NCBI GenBank assembly: GCA_023150875.1
Contig: JAKLKC010000024.1
Span: forward strand, 9,119 to 73,118
DNA: 64,000 nucleotides
Origin: Myxococcota bacterium
GTDB lineage: Bacteria; Myxococcota_A; UBA796; UBA9615; JAKLKC01
Direction: 5' to 3'
The notes beneath the pieces were generated by a model, which saw nothing but the letters and a program-made list of their open reading frames with translations, searched no databases and had not been told where the DNA came from. Position 1 is the stretch's first letter, and each line of letters opens with the position of its first letter. Below are positions 26,786 to 36,264 of the stretch, piece by piece. The translations under genes were made by a program, and so were the position numbers.

Positions 26786-28201
26786 GGCGGTGCGGGCGAG
26801 GTGGCCGTAGCCCGCCGAGTGCTTGGAGCGCCCCCCGATCCGCGGAGCGTAGTGGACCGGCACCTCCGCCAGGCGGTGCCGCGCCCTCAGGACCTCGATC
26901 ATCATCTCGGGCGAGAACTCCGGGCCCACGCCCCGGACGCGGCCCCGGACCTCCAGCCAGACGTCCCGCCAGAGGGCCCGGTACGTGCAGCCCACGTCCG
27001 TCAGGCGCGTCCCGCTCCCCTCGCGCCGCCACAGCGCCCCCAGGAGCCCGGCGACGGCCACGTTCGCCCACCGTTGGGGCGGGTCCATGCGGGCGCCTTC
27101 CTCGATCATCGGGGGCGCGGTCCTGGTGCCCACCACCATGTCGGCGTCCTTGAGGGCCTCGAGGAGGCGTCCGAGGTCACGGGCCCGGAAGGTCCCGTCC
27201 GCCTCGGTGACGATCAAGACCTCCCCGCCGGCGTGATCGAGGCCGTGGGCGATGGCCGCGCCGTAGCCGCCCGGACTCCGGGTGAGGACCCGGGCCCCTG
27301 CCGCCTCGGCCTCCCGCGCCGTCGCGTCGCGGCTCCCGCCGTCCACCACCAGCACCTCGTCCACCCACGGGCGGAACTCCCGCACCACGAAGGCGACGCT
27401 GTCCGCCTCCTCGTAGGCAGGAATGACCAGCGAGCGCCGGCAGGTCGGGAAGGAGGCGGTCCTCACCACCGACCTCGCGGCGCGCAGGTCCTCGATCCGG
27501 TTCACGTTGACGTACTCCCCCCGCAGCTCGAAGGGCAGGACCGTCCCGCCGTCCCTTGCCAGGCGGTCCAGGGCGTCGGTGAGCTCCCGCCTGCCCGTCC
27601 GCCGGGACGGCGGCGTCCGGCGGAGGGCGTCGAAGACGGCGGGGCCGATCAGGTAGGTTCCGGTGCCCATCCACGGGCCGTCCACCCGCTCGGGGCGCTC
27701 CTCCAGCCCCACCAGGGCTCCGTCCCGCGGGGTGACGGAGCAGGTGCGGGCGATCACCCGCGGATCGGGCTCGCGCCGCACCCCCACCACGGCGTCGGCG
27801 CGCCGGGAGGCGGCCAGGGCCGGCAGCTCGGCGTGGTTGGACCCGTGGTAGACTTCGTCGCCCAGGAGGAGCACGAAGGGCGTGGGCACCTCCCCCTCCA
27901 CCCGGGCGATGCCGTCGCCCAGGCCCTTCTCGGGCGAGGGGTTGTGAAGGTATCGGACCCGGACCCCGAAGCGCTCCCCGTCCCCGAGCCAGCGTCGCAC
28001 CGCCTCGCCGAGGCGGCCGACGAGCACCACCACCTCCTCGATCCCGAGGTCTTCCCTCGCCATGCGGACCAGGCGCCCGAGGATGGGCTCGCCCGCGATG
28101 GGAAGGAGGCACTTCGGAGTGGTGGCGGTGAGCGGGAGGAGCCGCGTGCCGTGTCCCGCTGCGGCGATCACCGCGGTCCGTGGGGATCCGGGGCTTCCCA
28201 C
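26741..28201 (-). CDS. Sugar-phosphate nucleotidyltransferase fused to GT2 (DPM-synthase-like) glycosyltransferase
   Basis: VIAAAGHGTRLLPLT...PKCLL; LVIPAYEEA, VVDGGSRD, EADG, TDVGCTYR; alternative start at 28276. Confidence 0.85.
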   Translation of the reverse strand: MGSPGSPRTAVIAAAGHGTRLLPLTATTPKCLLPIAGEPILGRLVRMAREDLGIEEVVVLVGRLGEAVRRWLGDGERFGVRVRYLHNPSPEKGLGDGIARVEGEVPTPFVLLLGDEVYHGSNHAELPALAASRRADAVVGVRREPDPRVIARTCSVTPRDGALVGLEERPERVDGPWMGTGTYLIGPAVFDALRRTPPSRRTGRRELTDALDRLARDGGTVLPFELRGEYVNVNRIEDLRAARSVVRTASFPTCRRSLVIPAYEEADSVAFVVREFRPWVDEVLVVDGGSRDATAREAEAAGARVLTRSPGGYGAAIAHGLDHAGGEVLIVTEADGTFRARDLGRLLEALKDADMVVGTRTAPPMIEEGARMDPPQRWANVAVAGLLGALWRREGSGTRLTDVGCTYRALWRDVWLEVRGRVRGVGPEFSPEMMIEVLRARHRLAEVPVHYAPRIGGRSKHSAGYGHLARTALRMLRTIGERRFLG

Positions 28202-28302
28202 GATTCGAAGGGGCCTCCTGTGCCGCCGGCCGCGCGCCGGGCGGGCAGGATAGCCCAGGTCCCCGGCGAGAGCCATGGCGACCGGGGCGGAGGCGCTCGG
28301 AC

Positions 28303-30327
28303 GTGACCCCCTCCGCCCGCCCGTCCAAGGCCGCCCCACCGCGTTCCGCGCCCGACGGGCCTGCCCCGTGGCCCTGGGTGCTCGTGGTGGAGGCGGTGGT
28401 GGTGGGCGCCGTGCTGTCGAGCCGCACCAGTCCCGTGGGCAAGCTGCTGATGCTGGTCCTCTTCCACGCTCCCTGGCTCGGCTGGCCGATCTGGGTGGCG
28501 GCGGCGCGGAGGGTGGGGCTGTCGGCGAGGGCCACGGGCGCGGCGGTGCTCCTCCAAGGACTGGCGGCAGTGGCCGCGGCGCTCCTGGTCAGCGGCGTCC
28601 TTGCCTGCCTGCTGCGCTGGCCCGCCCCGGAGTCGGGGGCGCGGGCGACCCTGGCCCTGCTGCACCTGCTGGCCGGGCTCACCCTCGCGCTGCCCCTGGC
28701 CCTGTACCTGGGCCCCCACGTACGGGCGACGTGGACCCCGGGCCGCCTCCTCCACGTCGTGGCCGGGGGGACGGCGGCCGTCGCGGCGCTGCTGTGCGTC
28801 GCCACGGGCATGCTCCTGGTGGACGCGCTGCCCGCCCGGGTCGCCCCCTCGCCGGAGCACGCCGCCCTGGCGCGATCCCTCTGGCGCTTCCCCCGGGCGC
28901 CCCTCCTCGTGGTCCACGTCGCCGCGTCGGCGGCGGCCGTCTCCGTGGCCGCCGCCCACGTCGTCCGGGCGGTCCGCACGGGTCGCCGCTTCCCCGCCCT
29001 CGCCGCCGCCCCCCTCCGCCTCTTCGGATCGGGGCCCCGCGCCGGGGCCGCCGCGGGGATCGCCCTGGCCCTCGCGGCGGTGGCCTGGGGTGCCTCCCTG
29101 GACGCCGCCCCGCCACCCCCCGCCACCCCCCGCTCCGGCGGCCCGCTCCCGGCCGCCCTCGCCCGCCCCGCCGAGGGCTGCGCCTTCGCTGGGGGGTGCC
29201 ACGCCGTGGCGGTGGAGCAGTGGAGGACCTCCCCCCACGCCCGCTCTGGCGTCTCCCCCTTCCTGGAGGACGCCCGCTCCCTGCGGGTGGCCGAGGCGGG
29301 GACCGAGGGCGGACGCACCTGCCACACCTGCCACGCCCCCCTGGCGCGCCTGGGGCCGGCCCCGGAGGGGGTCGCCGATCCCCGGGTGGCCCGGGGCGTG
29401 GACTGCCTCGGCTGCCACTCCCTGCACCCCGGCCCGGAGGCCGCCGACGGCGACTACGCCCTGGCGCCTCCGCGGCCCTACCCCTTCGAGGGCTCCCCGG
29501 AGGAGGGGCTCCGGGCGACCCTGCGGTACCTGGCCGTGGCGGTGGCCCCGGAGCGCCACGCCGCGGACCTCGGGGGGCCGAGGCTCCGGGAGGCGGCCCT
29601 GTGCGCCTCGTGCCACCAGCAGCACACCGGGATCGACGGCGCGGTGCGGGGCCAGGACGCGCCCGCCTCCCTGGCGGCGGGCCCCGGGGCGGGGGCCGGC
29701 TGTGTCGGTTGCCACATGCCCGTCGTGGAGACCCGGGACCTGCTGGCGGTGGACGGCAGGATGCACCACCACGGGCTGGTGGCGGCGGAGCCGGACCTGG
29801 GTGCCTTGCTCCAGGGGGGGCAGGATGCGGAGCCGGGGATGCTGCCCGGGCGCGCCCGGCTGAGCTGGGCGGGGGAGGGCCCCGGGGCCGCCGGGTCCCG
29901 GGAGCTGCACTTCGAGGTGGAGGCGACGGGCACGGGGCACGCCTTCCCCGGCGGGACCCTGGACCAGGCCCGGCTGGACCTGGTGGTCCGGGACGCCCGG
30001 GGCGCCGAGGTGGGCCGGTCCCGGGTCGCCGGGGTCCGCCTCGTGGACGCCTCGGGCGCCCCCCTCCTCCGTCACCAGACCTGGCGCGCCGCCCGGGCGA
30101 TCCCCACCGGCGCCGCCCCGGAAGGCCCCCTCCTCCCCGCCCGCCCGGTGCGGGTGCGCGTGGCCGTGCCCGCCTCGTCCTCGCCCCAGACGGCGACCCT
30201 CCTCTACTCCGCTCGCCCCGCGGCCCTCTGGACGGCGGTGGTGGGGGAGGGGGCCCCCGCGGAGGTGGAGGTCGCGTCCGTGGCCGTGCCTCCCGCGGCA
30301 CCGTCGCCCGCGTCACCGGGGGGGTGA
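28303..30327 (+). CDS. Membrane-anchored multiheme cytochrome c
   Basis: TM region with His residues; CAFAGGCH, CHTCH, CLGCH, CASCH, CVGCH; GHAFPGG. Confidence 0.78.
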   Translation: MTPSARPSKAAPPRSAPDGPAPWPWVLVVEAVVVGAVLSSRTSPVGKLLMLVLFHAPWLGWPIWVAAARRVGLSARATGAAVLLQGLAAVAAALLVSGVLACLLRWPAPESGARATLALLHLLAGLTLALPLALYLGPHVRATWTPGRLLHVVAGGTAAVAALLCVATGMLLVDALPARVAPSPEHAALARSLWRFPRAPLLVVHVAASAAAVSVAAAHVVRAVRTGRRFPALAAAPLRLFGSGPRAGAAAGIALALAAVAWGASLDAAPPPPATPRSGGPLPAALARPAEGCAFAGGCHAVAVEQWRTSPHARSGVSPFLEDARSLRVAEAGTEGGRTCHTCHAPLARLGPAPEGVADPRVARGVDCLGCHSLHPGPEAADGDYALAPPRPYPFEGSPEEGLRATLRYLAVAVAPERHAADLGGPRLREAALCASCHQQHTGIDGAVRGQDAPASLAAGPGAGAGCVGCHMPVVETRDLLAVDGRMHHHGLVAAEPDLGALLQGGQDAEPGMLPGRARLSWAGEGPGAAGSRELHFEVEATGTGHAFPGGTLDQARLDLVVRDARGAEVGRSRVAGVRLVDASGAPLLRHQTWRAARAIPTGAAPEGPLLPARPVRVRVAVPASSSPQTATLLYSARPAALWTAVVGEGAPAEVEVASVAVPPAAPSPASPGG

Positions 30328-32069
30328 GGCGGGATCGGCACGCCCCCCTCCACCCGGTAGACTTCGTAACCGCCGCGGCCGCCGGGCTCGGGGAAGCGGC
30401 GCTCCAGGACCAGCGAGAGTCCCTCTCCGTCGACCAGGTCGGTGAAGCGGGTGAACCACGGGTCCGGGCCGTCCGCGACGGGGGCCAGCAGGTCGGTCTG
30501 GACCTTGCGGACGTACAGGGCCTCGGGATCGGCGAAGGTGGGGCGGAAGTAAGCGTCCCGGTCCAGCTCCCGCACCGAGAAGTCGGCGCCGTAGGGGTTG
30601 CGGACCCGGACCCGGCCCTCGGTGTAGTACAGGGCGTTGAAGTAGGGCTGGGGCTGGAGGGCGTGGGGGCGGTGGTGGCCCCCGGCGTCCAGCCAGTGGG
30701 CCAGCGCGTACGACGTGTCGCTCATCAGCCGCGGGCCCCCCGTCCGGGCAAGGGCCGCCGCCCACGCCAGGTCGAAGCGGGCCGCCAGCGCCAGCCAGAG
30801 ACCGATGGACGCCACCGCCAGGGCCCGGCCGGTGCTCCGACGGCCCACATGCAGGGCCGCCGCGGCGATGGCCAGGTGTGGGAAGGGGTAGACCATCGCC
30901 ATGTGATGGGGGCCCAGGGAGGAGAGGGTGAAGGGGGTGCAGGCCCAGATCGCCGCCATCGCCCCCAGGACCGCCGCCGCCCGCCGCCGGTCCAGGCGAT
31001 CCGGCCGGGGCTCCCCCTCGCCGGCCTGCCCCGGGGTGGGGCGCGGCCCCAGGGCCACCGCCCCCAGCACCACGCACGCCGCGACGAACAGGGGAAGCCC
31101 CAGGGGGTTCCCCGGCAGCTCCAGCCCCGTGAAGATCCGCAGGAACGGGGCGAAGTCGAACAGCGAGACGGCCTGGGCGGTCCGCGTCCCCAGGTTCTCG
31201 GCCAAGGAGAGGGTGTCCACGCCGACATCGGTGCGGCCCAGGTTCCGTCGGACGAACTCGAAAGTACCCGCAGTGAGCAGGTTGTAGGCCAGGATCGGCC
31301 ATCCCCCGAGGGCCAGGCCCGCCCCCAGGGCGCTCCACCCCCGCCGCCCCCAACGCCGCCATCGCCCCGTCGCCGCCAGGCAGGCGCCCACCCCCAGCAG
31401 CGCCCAGGCGAAGATCAGGGAGTTGGTCAGGCCCAGCCCCAGCAGGGATCCCGCGGCCAGCAGCGCCGCCCGGGAGCCCGACGCGCGCTCCCGCTCGAAG
31501 GCCACCAGGGCCAGGAGGGCCATGGTCTGGAGGCGGAAGGGGATGGGGAGGGCCCGGGTCAGCACCTGGGTCATGGGGTCCACCGCCAGCAGGAGCGCGG
31601 CCAGGGCGGCGGTGCGGGGGCCCAGCCAGGACCGGGCGAAGGCGTAGGCCGCGGCGGCGTACACGCAGAGGTTCAGCAGCGAGAAGACCTTGAGGGCGAG
31701 GGGGGAGGCCGGCAGGGCCCCCACCGCCGCCCCCAGGACCATCACGTCCACCGCGTACTCCCGCAGGAAGACCATGAAGGGGTGGTAGGTGAGGACCCGG
31801 ACGCGGTCGCCGGAACGGAGCACCAGGATCCGGTCGGGGCCGACCCGCTCCAGGACGTGCCCGCCGGGGAGGTCCAGGACCGGGACCCCCTCCTCGCCCG
31901 GGTGGAGGTGCTCCAGGACGTCGCGGCCGGGGGCCAGGGCGTTCCAGACGACCTCGCCGTGGTACTCGCTCACCCCGCCGTGGGGCAGGGCGGGCAGGTG
32001 GGCCGCCGCCAGGGCCAGGGCCGCCACGAGGGAACCGAGGGCCGCGCTCCCCCTCCTCGCCCCCGTCAC
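30204..32069 (-). CDS. GT-C (ArnT/PMT-like) membrane glycosyltransferase
   Basis: Polytopic; AYAFARSWLGPRTAALAALLLAVDP, GWPILAYN; glycan-locus context. Confidence 0.65.
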   Translation of the reverse strand: MTGARRGSAALGSLVAALALAAAHLPALPHGGVSEYHGEVVWNALAPGRDVLEHLHPGEEGVPVLDLPGGHVLERVGPDRILVLRSGDRVRVLTYHPFMVFLREYAVDVMVLGAAVGALPASPLALKVFSLLNLCVYAAAAYAFARSWLGPRTAALAALLLAVDPMTQVLTRALPIPFRLQTMALLALVAFERERASGSRAALLAAGSLLGLGLTNSLIFAWALLGVGACLAATGRWRRWGRRGWSALGAGLALGGWPILAYNLLTAGTFEFVRRNLGRTDVGVDTLSLAENLGTRTAQAVSLFDFAPFLRIFTGLELPGNPLGLPLFVAACVVLGAVALGPRPTPGQAGEGEPRPDRLDRRRAAAVLGAMAAIWACTPFTLSSLGPHHMAMVYPFPHLAIAAAALHVGRRSTGRALAVASIGLWLALAARFDLAWAAALARTGGPRLMSDTSYALAHWLDAGGHHRPHALQPQPYFNALYYTEGRVRVRNPYGADFSVRELDRDAYFRPTFADPEALYVRKVQTDLLAPVADGPDPWFTRFTDLVDGEGLSLVLERRFPEPGGRGGYEVYRVEGGVPIPPHPPGDAGDGAAGGTATDATSTSAGAPSPTTAVQRAAGRAE

Positions 32070-32103
32070 CGGATCCCCCGCGGCCCGGGGCGCCGATCCC
32101 CCC

Positions 32104-33597
32104 TCACGCCGGGGCCGGGTCGCGGCCGAGGGAGCGGCGGATCCGGGGCCGGAGGTGGCCGTTCCAGATCGCGCTGCGGTAGCCGTCCAGCAGCGCCGCG
32201 CCCCCCTTGAGCAGCCGGCGCCTCGGGATCAGGTCCCCCCCCAGGTAGCGGGCGATGGTGCGGGGGCGCAGGTAGAACTCCATCATGCCCCGGCGCTGGA
32301 GGCGCACCAGCTCCGAGGCGGGGAGGCTCGCCCCCGACAGCAGGTGCTCGGTGTCGTTGAGGGTGGGATCGAACCAGCCCGAGTACTTCCAGGTGGGCTG
32401 GCCGGCCAGGCGATCGCGGTGCTCCTCCCACAGCGCCGTGCCGGGGTAGGGGACGCAGATGTTGAACTTGGCCATGTCGCAGTCCACGGCGCGGGCGAAG
32501 CGGATGGTGCGCTCCACCTGCTCGCGGGTCTCGCCGGGCATGCCGATCACGAACAGCCCGAAGGTGAGGATCCCCGCCTCGCGGCACCAGCGCACGGCGT
32601 CCAGGGCCTGCCGCGCCGCCGCCTTCTTCTGCATCAGGCCCAGCACCTCGTCGTCCCCGGACTCGATGCCGAGCTGCACGAAGCGGAGCCCCACCGAGTA
32701 CGCCTCCTTCAGCAGCTCCGGGTCCACCAGGTCCACCCGGGTCTCGGTGAACCAGGTGACCTTCTCGTGCAGGCCGCGGGCGCGCATCTCCGTCGCCAGG
32801 GCGTCGAGCTGCTTGCGACCGAACGGGAAGATCGCGTCGATGAAGCCGAAGACCCGGACCCCCCAGGTTCGGTGCGCCCAGTCCATCTCCTCCACCACCC
32901 GGCGCATGTCCCGCTTGCGGAGCTTCGGGTAGATGATGTCCTGGGAGCAGAACGAGCAGGCGTATGGGCACCCGCGGGAGGCCTGGATGGTGAACGCCTT
33001 GCCCTCCAGCACCCGGAAGCCCAGGGGCTCCGCCTGGTAGCTCTCGTCCACCAGCAGGTCCCAGGCCGGGAAGGGGAGCTGGTCCAGGTCCTCCAGGACG
33101 GGGCGGTCGGGGGCGTGGGCGATCCGGTCCCCGTCCCGGAACGTCAGGCCGGGGATCCCGTGCAGATCGCGGCCCTCCCGTAGGGCCCGGCACAGGTCGA
33201 GCGTCGCCAGCTCGCCTTCTCCCCGCACCACCGTGTCCGCCACCCCCGCGGCGACCAGCTCCCGGGCGAAGTAGGTGGCGTGGGCGTTTCCCAGGACCAC
33301 GTGGGCTCCGGGGAGCCGGGCCCGGAGCATCCCCACCGCGTCCTCGACGCTCTCCATGGCGAAGGTCAGGCACGAGAACCCGACCACGTCGGGCCTCCAC
33401 GCCTCCACCTCCGCGAGGAGCCGCTCGTTGTCCCAGCGGCGGGCGTACTGGTCGACGATCCCCACCTCGAACCCGTCCTGCCGGAGCACGCTGGCGATGT
33501 AGGCGAGCCCGGTGGGCGGGACCGCCACGGCGTACTTCCAGACCGTGCCGATCCGGCGCTGGGCGAGGGAGTTGGGGTTGACGAGCAGGACGCGCAT
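32104..33597 (-). CDS. B12-binding radical SAM protein
   Basis: [42 protein letters not shown]. Confidence 0.92.
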   Translation of the reverse strand: MRVLLVNPNSLAQRRIGTVWKYAVAVPPTGLAYIASVLRQDGFEVGIVDQYARRWDNERLLAEVEAWRPDVVGFSCLTFAMESVEDAVGMLRARLPGAHVVLGNAHATYFARELVAAGVADTVVRGEGELATLDLCRALREGRDLHGIPGLTFRDGDRIAHAPDRPVLEDLDQLPFPAWDLLVDESYQAEPLGFRVLEGKAFTIQASRGCPYACSFCSQDIIYPKLRKRDMRRVVEEMDWAHRTWGVRVFGFIDAIFPFGRKQLDALATEMRARGLHEKVTWFTETRVDLVDPELLKEAYSVGLRFVQLGIESGDDEVLGLMQKKAAARQALDAVRWCREAGILTFGLFVIGMPGETREQVERTIRFARAVDCDMAKFNICVPYPGTALWEEHRDRLAGQPTWKYSGWFDPTLNDTEHLLSGASLPASELVRLQRRGMMEFYLRPRTIARYLGGDLIPRRRLLKGGAALLDGYRSAIWNGHLRPRIRRSLGRDPAPA

Positions 33598-33666
33598 GAG
33601 GCTCCGCGCGGGCTCCCGCGGTGAGGGCGGCAGCGAGTATAGCCGAATGCCCCCGCTCCCCCGCGG

Positions 33667-36240
33667 TCAGGGGCCGAGGACCGGCCGGAGCACGTAGCGC
33701 CAGGGGGACCAGCCGTCCCGGGACTCCCGGCGCGCCGCCAGCGCCTGCACCCGGGACCCGTCGTCGGCGGTGAACTCGATGGGGGCGCCCGGGGGGAGCG
33801 CGAAGGGCACCAGGACCGCGCCCCCCTGGGCCGGAGCCCCCAGGATCGGCACCCGCGCCAGGACCCGCCGCCGATCCCCCACGGGCGTCGCCACCAGGGT
33901 GTCCCCGGGCCGGGCCCACAGCGGGAGGGGCATGGGGATCCCCGGCGCCGCCGCCGGCAGGGGCTCCTCCCGGGGGATCGACCACAGCGGGCCGGTCCGG
34001 GAGGCGACGGTCCCGTCCGCCGCCACGTCCAGCACCATCCACGCCTCCGCCTGCCCCGGCGAGGCGAAGGGCTGGCGGTGGGACAGCGCCGTGAGACCGT
34101 CCGGGAGGCCGGCGGCCCGCCACGCCGGGGGCACGGGCGAGTACCGGGAGGGATCCCCGCCGCCGTCGTCCCCCACCCGCCGGAGCAGGCGCAGCCGAGA
34201 GGGATCCACCGGGCCCAGCACCCGGAGGTCCACCCCGGCGCTCCCCTCGCCCGGGGCCCCGCCCGCGGCGCTCACCCGGGCCGCCCCCTCGGGGTACAGC
34301 CACACCGGGCTCGACCACGCGCGCCCTCCCCCGGCGTCGAAGGCGCGGACCCGGTAGACGGCCCGCCCCGGGGGAGGGGCGGGATCGGTCCAGGCGAAGG
34401 AGACGGCCCAGGCCGGCCCGTCGCCCCCCGCGGGCGCCCTCGCCTCGTGGACCACGACCTCGTCCCGGAGCACCTCCACGCGGTCCACCGGCCCCTCCCC
34501 GGCGTAGGCCACCCGGACCTCCACCGCCCTCCCCCGGGCCCCGACCCCCCCCATGGGGACGCCGCCGGCCCGGAGGTCCAGGAGCGGGCGCCCGCCGTCG
34601 GTGGCGTAGGTGGCGCCCCGGCGCAGCGCCTGGAACACCGCCCCCCGCTCCGGCCCTGCCCCCACCACCGCCGTCAGGCCTCCGGGGTAGCCGCCCCAGG
34701 CGGTCCTCCCCAGCCTGCCGTCGTGGCCGTCCCCGGCGGCGAGGAGGCGCAGGGGGATCCCCCGGCCCAGGGCCAGGGTGACCGCTCCGTCGGGGTCCGC
34801 CCCCGGCACCGCCCCCGGGGCGCGGGCGTCCTCGGACTGGCCGTGGGCGGAGTAGACCTCGATGGCGGAGGTCAGGCCGGCGTGGAGCCTCTCCAGGCCC
34901 ACCCCCATCCAGGGGGAGGCGGAGGTGTGGGGCACCACCAGGGCCTCGCGCCCCCCGAGCCACCGGAACAGGGACGAGGGATCGAGGGCCCTGGCGCCGG
35001 CCTCCACCGGCGGCACCGCGGGCATCCGGCGGCCCAGGGCCATCTCCCACAGCCTCCGCGCCCCGGGCGCCATGGGCAGCTCCCCCGCCTCGCCGGGGAA
35101 GTACACGCAGGCGTGGGGGCCCAGGTCGTACTCGAAGGCGTGGAGGGTGGCGAAGCGCCCGGGGCGCTGGGCGTCGTCGGCGGCGCGGCGGACCCGGGCC
35201 CACGCCTCGGGGTCGAGCTGCCAGTCGTGCTCGGTCAGGGCCGCGAAGTCCACCCGGGCCACGTCCCGGGCGTGGGCGTAGGCGTCCTCGGGGGTGCCCG
35301 CCCCGTCGGAGAGGGCGGTGTGGCCGTGGAGGTCGCCGAACAGGACCGGGGCCGCGGCGGCGCCGACCCGCACGGGGTTGCTGGTGCCCACCCGCTCCCG
35401 GCCCTCCCCGTCCCGGGCGCGGACCCGGAGCCAGGCCCACCCCTCCCCGCGGAGCACCAGCCCCCTCGCCTCTCCGTCCACCGCCGTGCCCCCCTCCACC
35501 GGGACCGACCCGCCCCCCTCGTCCCGCGCCTCCACCCGGATCCCCGCGGCGGGGGCGGGCCCGGCGTCGTTCCGGAAGGCGTCCTCGAACCGCACCGACG
35601 CCGCGAAGGGCTCGCCGGGGCGGACCGTCGTGGGGGCGATCACCCGCAGCCGCTCCGGCGCCGCCGACACCATCGGCAGGGGCGCGTCGGGGGCGACGGC
35701 GAACGGCGGTTCGGACCCCGCGGGCCGGACGATGACCTCGGGGGTGATCCCCCCCGACAGGCGGGAGCGGGGGAGGCGCAGCCGGCGCACCGTCACCGTC
35801 GCCACGTCGCCGGTGGAGAGGCCCCGGGGCGCCCGCAGGCTCAGGGCGCCGGGATCGATCCCCGGCGGCGCCGTTCCCAGGGTCACGGGCCGGGGGGCAT
35901 CGGCGCGGGCGTGGCCGGGCTCCCCGGGTTCGTCCACCTGGGGCGTCCCCCCCGCCGCGCCGAACCAGGGGTGGGGCAGCGCCACCACCACTTCGCCCCC
36001 CGGTGCCAGCCCCCCGGCGCCGACCCGGATCCCAACGACGAGGTCCGCCTCGCCCCCCGCCACCAGGGGGCCGTCCGCCTCGGTCCAGGCGGCCCATGGA
36101 GCGTCCGCCGCACCGCCTCCGCAGCCCGCGAACGCCACGGCGAACACGGCGCCCCGGAGGTGCCGGAGGCGCTTCGCTCCCCGCCTCTCCAGGCGCGCCG
36201 GCGGATGCGGTCCCTGCGTCGTCGGGGGCGGCCTGGACAC
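33667..36240 (-). CDS. PHP-fold metallohydrolase (CehA/McbA, DUF3604-like), probably exported
   Basis: FGDLHGHTALSDG, ALTEHD, VVPHT, IEVYSAHG, GDGHDG, AWSSPVW; FAGC lipobox-like; start uncertain. Confidence 0.8.
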   Translation of the reverse strand: MSRPPPTTQGPHPPARLERRGAKRLRHLRGAVFAVAFAGCGGGAADAPWAAWTEADGPLVAGGEADLVVGIRVGAGGLAPGGEVVVALPHPWFGAAGGTPQVDEPGEPGHARADAPRPVTLGTAPPGIDPGALSLRAPRGLSTGDVATVTVRRLRLPRSRLSGGITPEVIVRPAGSEPPFAVAPDAPLPMVSAAPERLRVIAPTTVRPGEPFAASVRFEDAFRNDAGPAPAAGIRVEARDEGGGSVPVEGGTAVDGEARGLVLRGEGWAWLRVRARDGEGRERVGTSNPVRVGAAAAPVLFGDLHGHTALSDGAGTPEDAYAHARDVARVDFAALTEHDWQLDPEAWARVRRAADDAQRPGRFATLHAFEYDLGPHACVYFPGEAGELPMAPGARRLWEMALGRRMPAVPPVEAGARALDPSSLFRWLGGREALVVPHTSASPWMGVGLERLHAGLTSAIEVYSAHGQSEDARAPGAVPGADPDGAVTLALGRGIPLRLLAAGDGHDGRLGRTAWGGYPGGLTAVVGAGPERGAVFQALRRGATYATDGGRPLLDLRAGGVPMGGVGARGRAVEVRVAYAGEGPVDRVEVLRDEVVVHEARAPAGGDGPAWAVSFAWTDPAPPPGRAVYRVRAFDAGGGRAWSSPVWLYPEGAARVSAAGGAPGEGSAGVDLRVLGPVDPSRLRLLRRVGDDGGGDPSRYSPVPPAWRAAGLPDGLTALSHRQPFASPGQAEAWMVLDVAADGTVASRTGPLWSIPREEPLPAAAPGIPMPLPLWARPGDTLVATPVGDRRRVLARVPILGAPAQGGAVLVPFALPPGAPIEFTADDGSRVQALAARRESRDGWSPWRYVLRPVLGP

Positions 36241-36264
36241 GCGGGGAGTGTATGCTCCCGGCGC

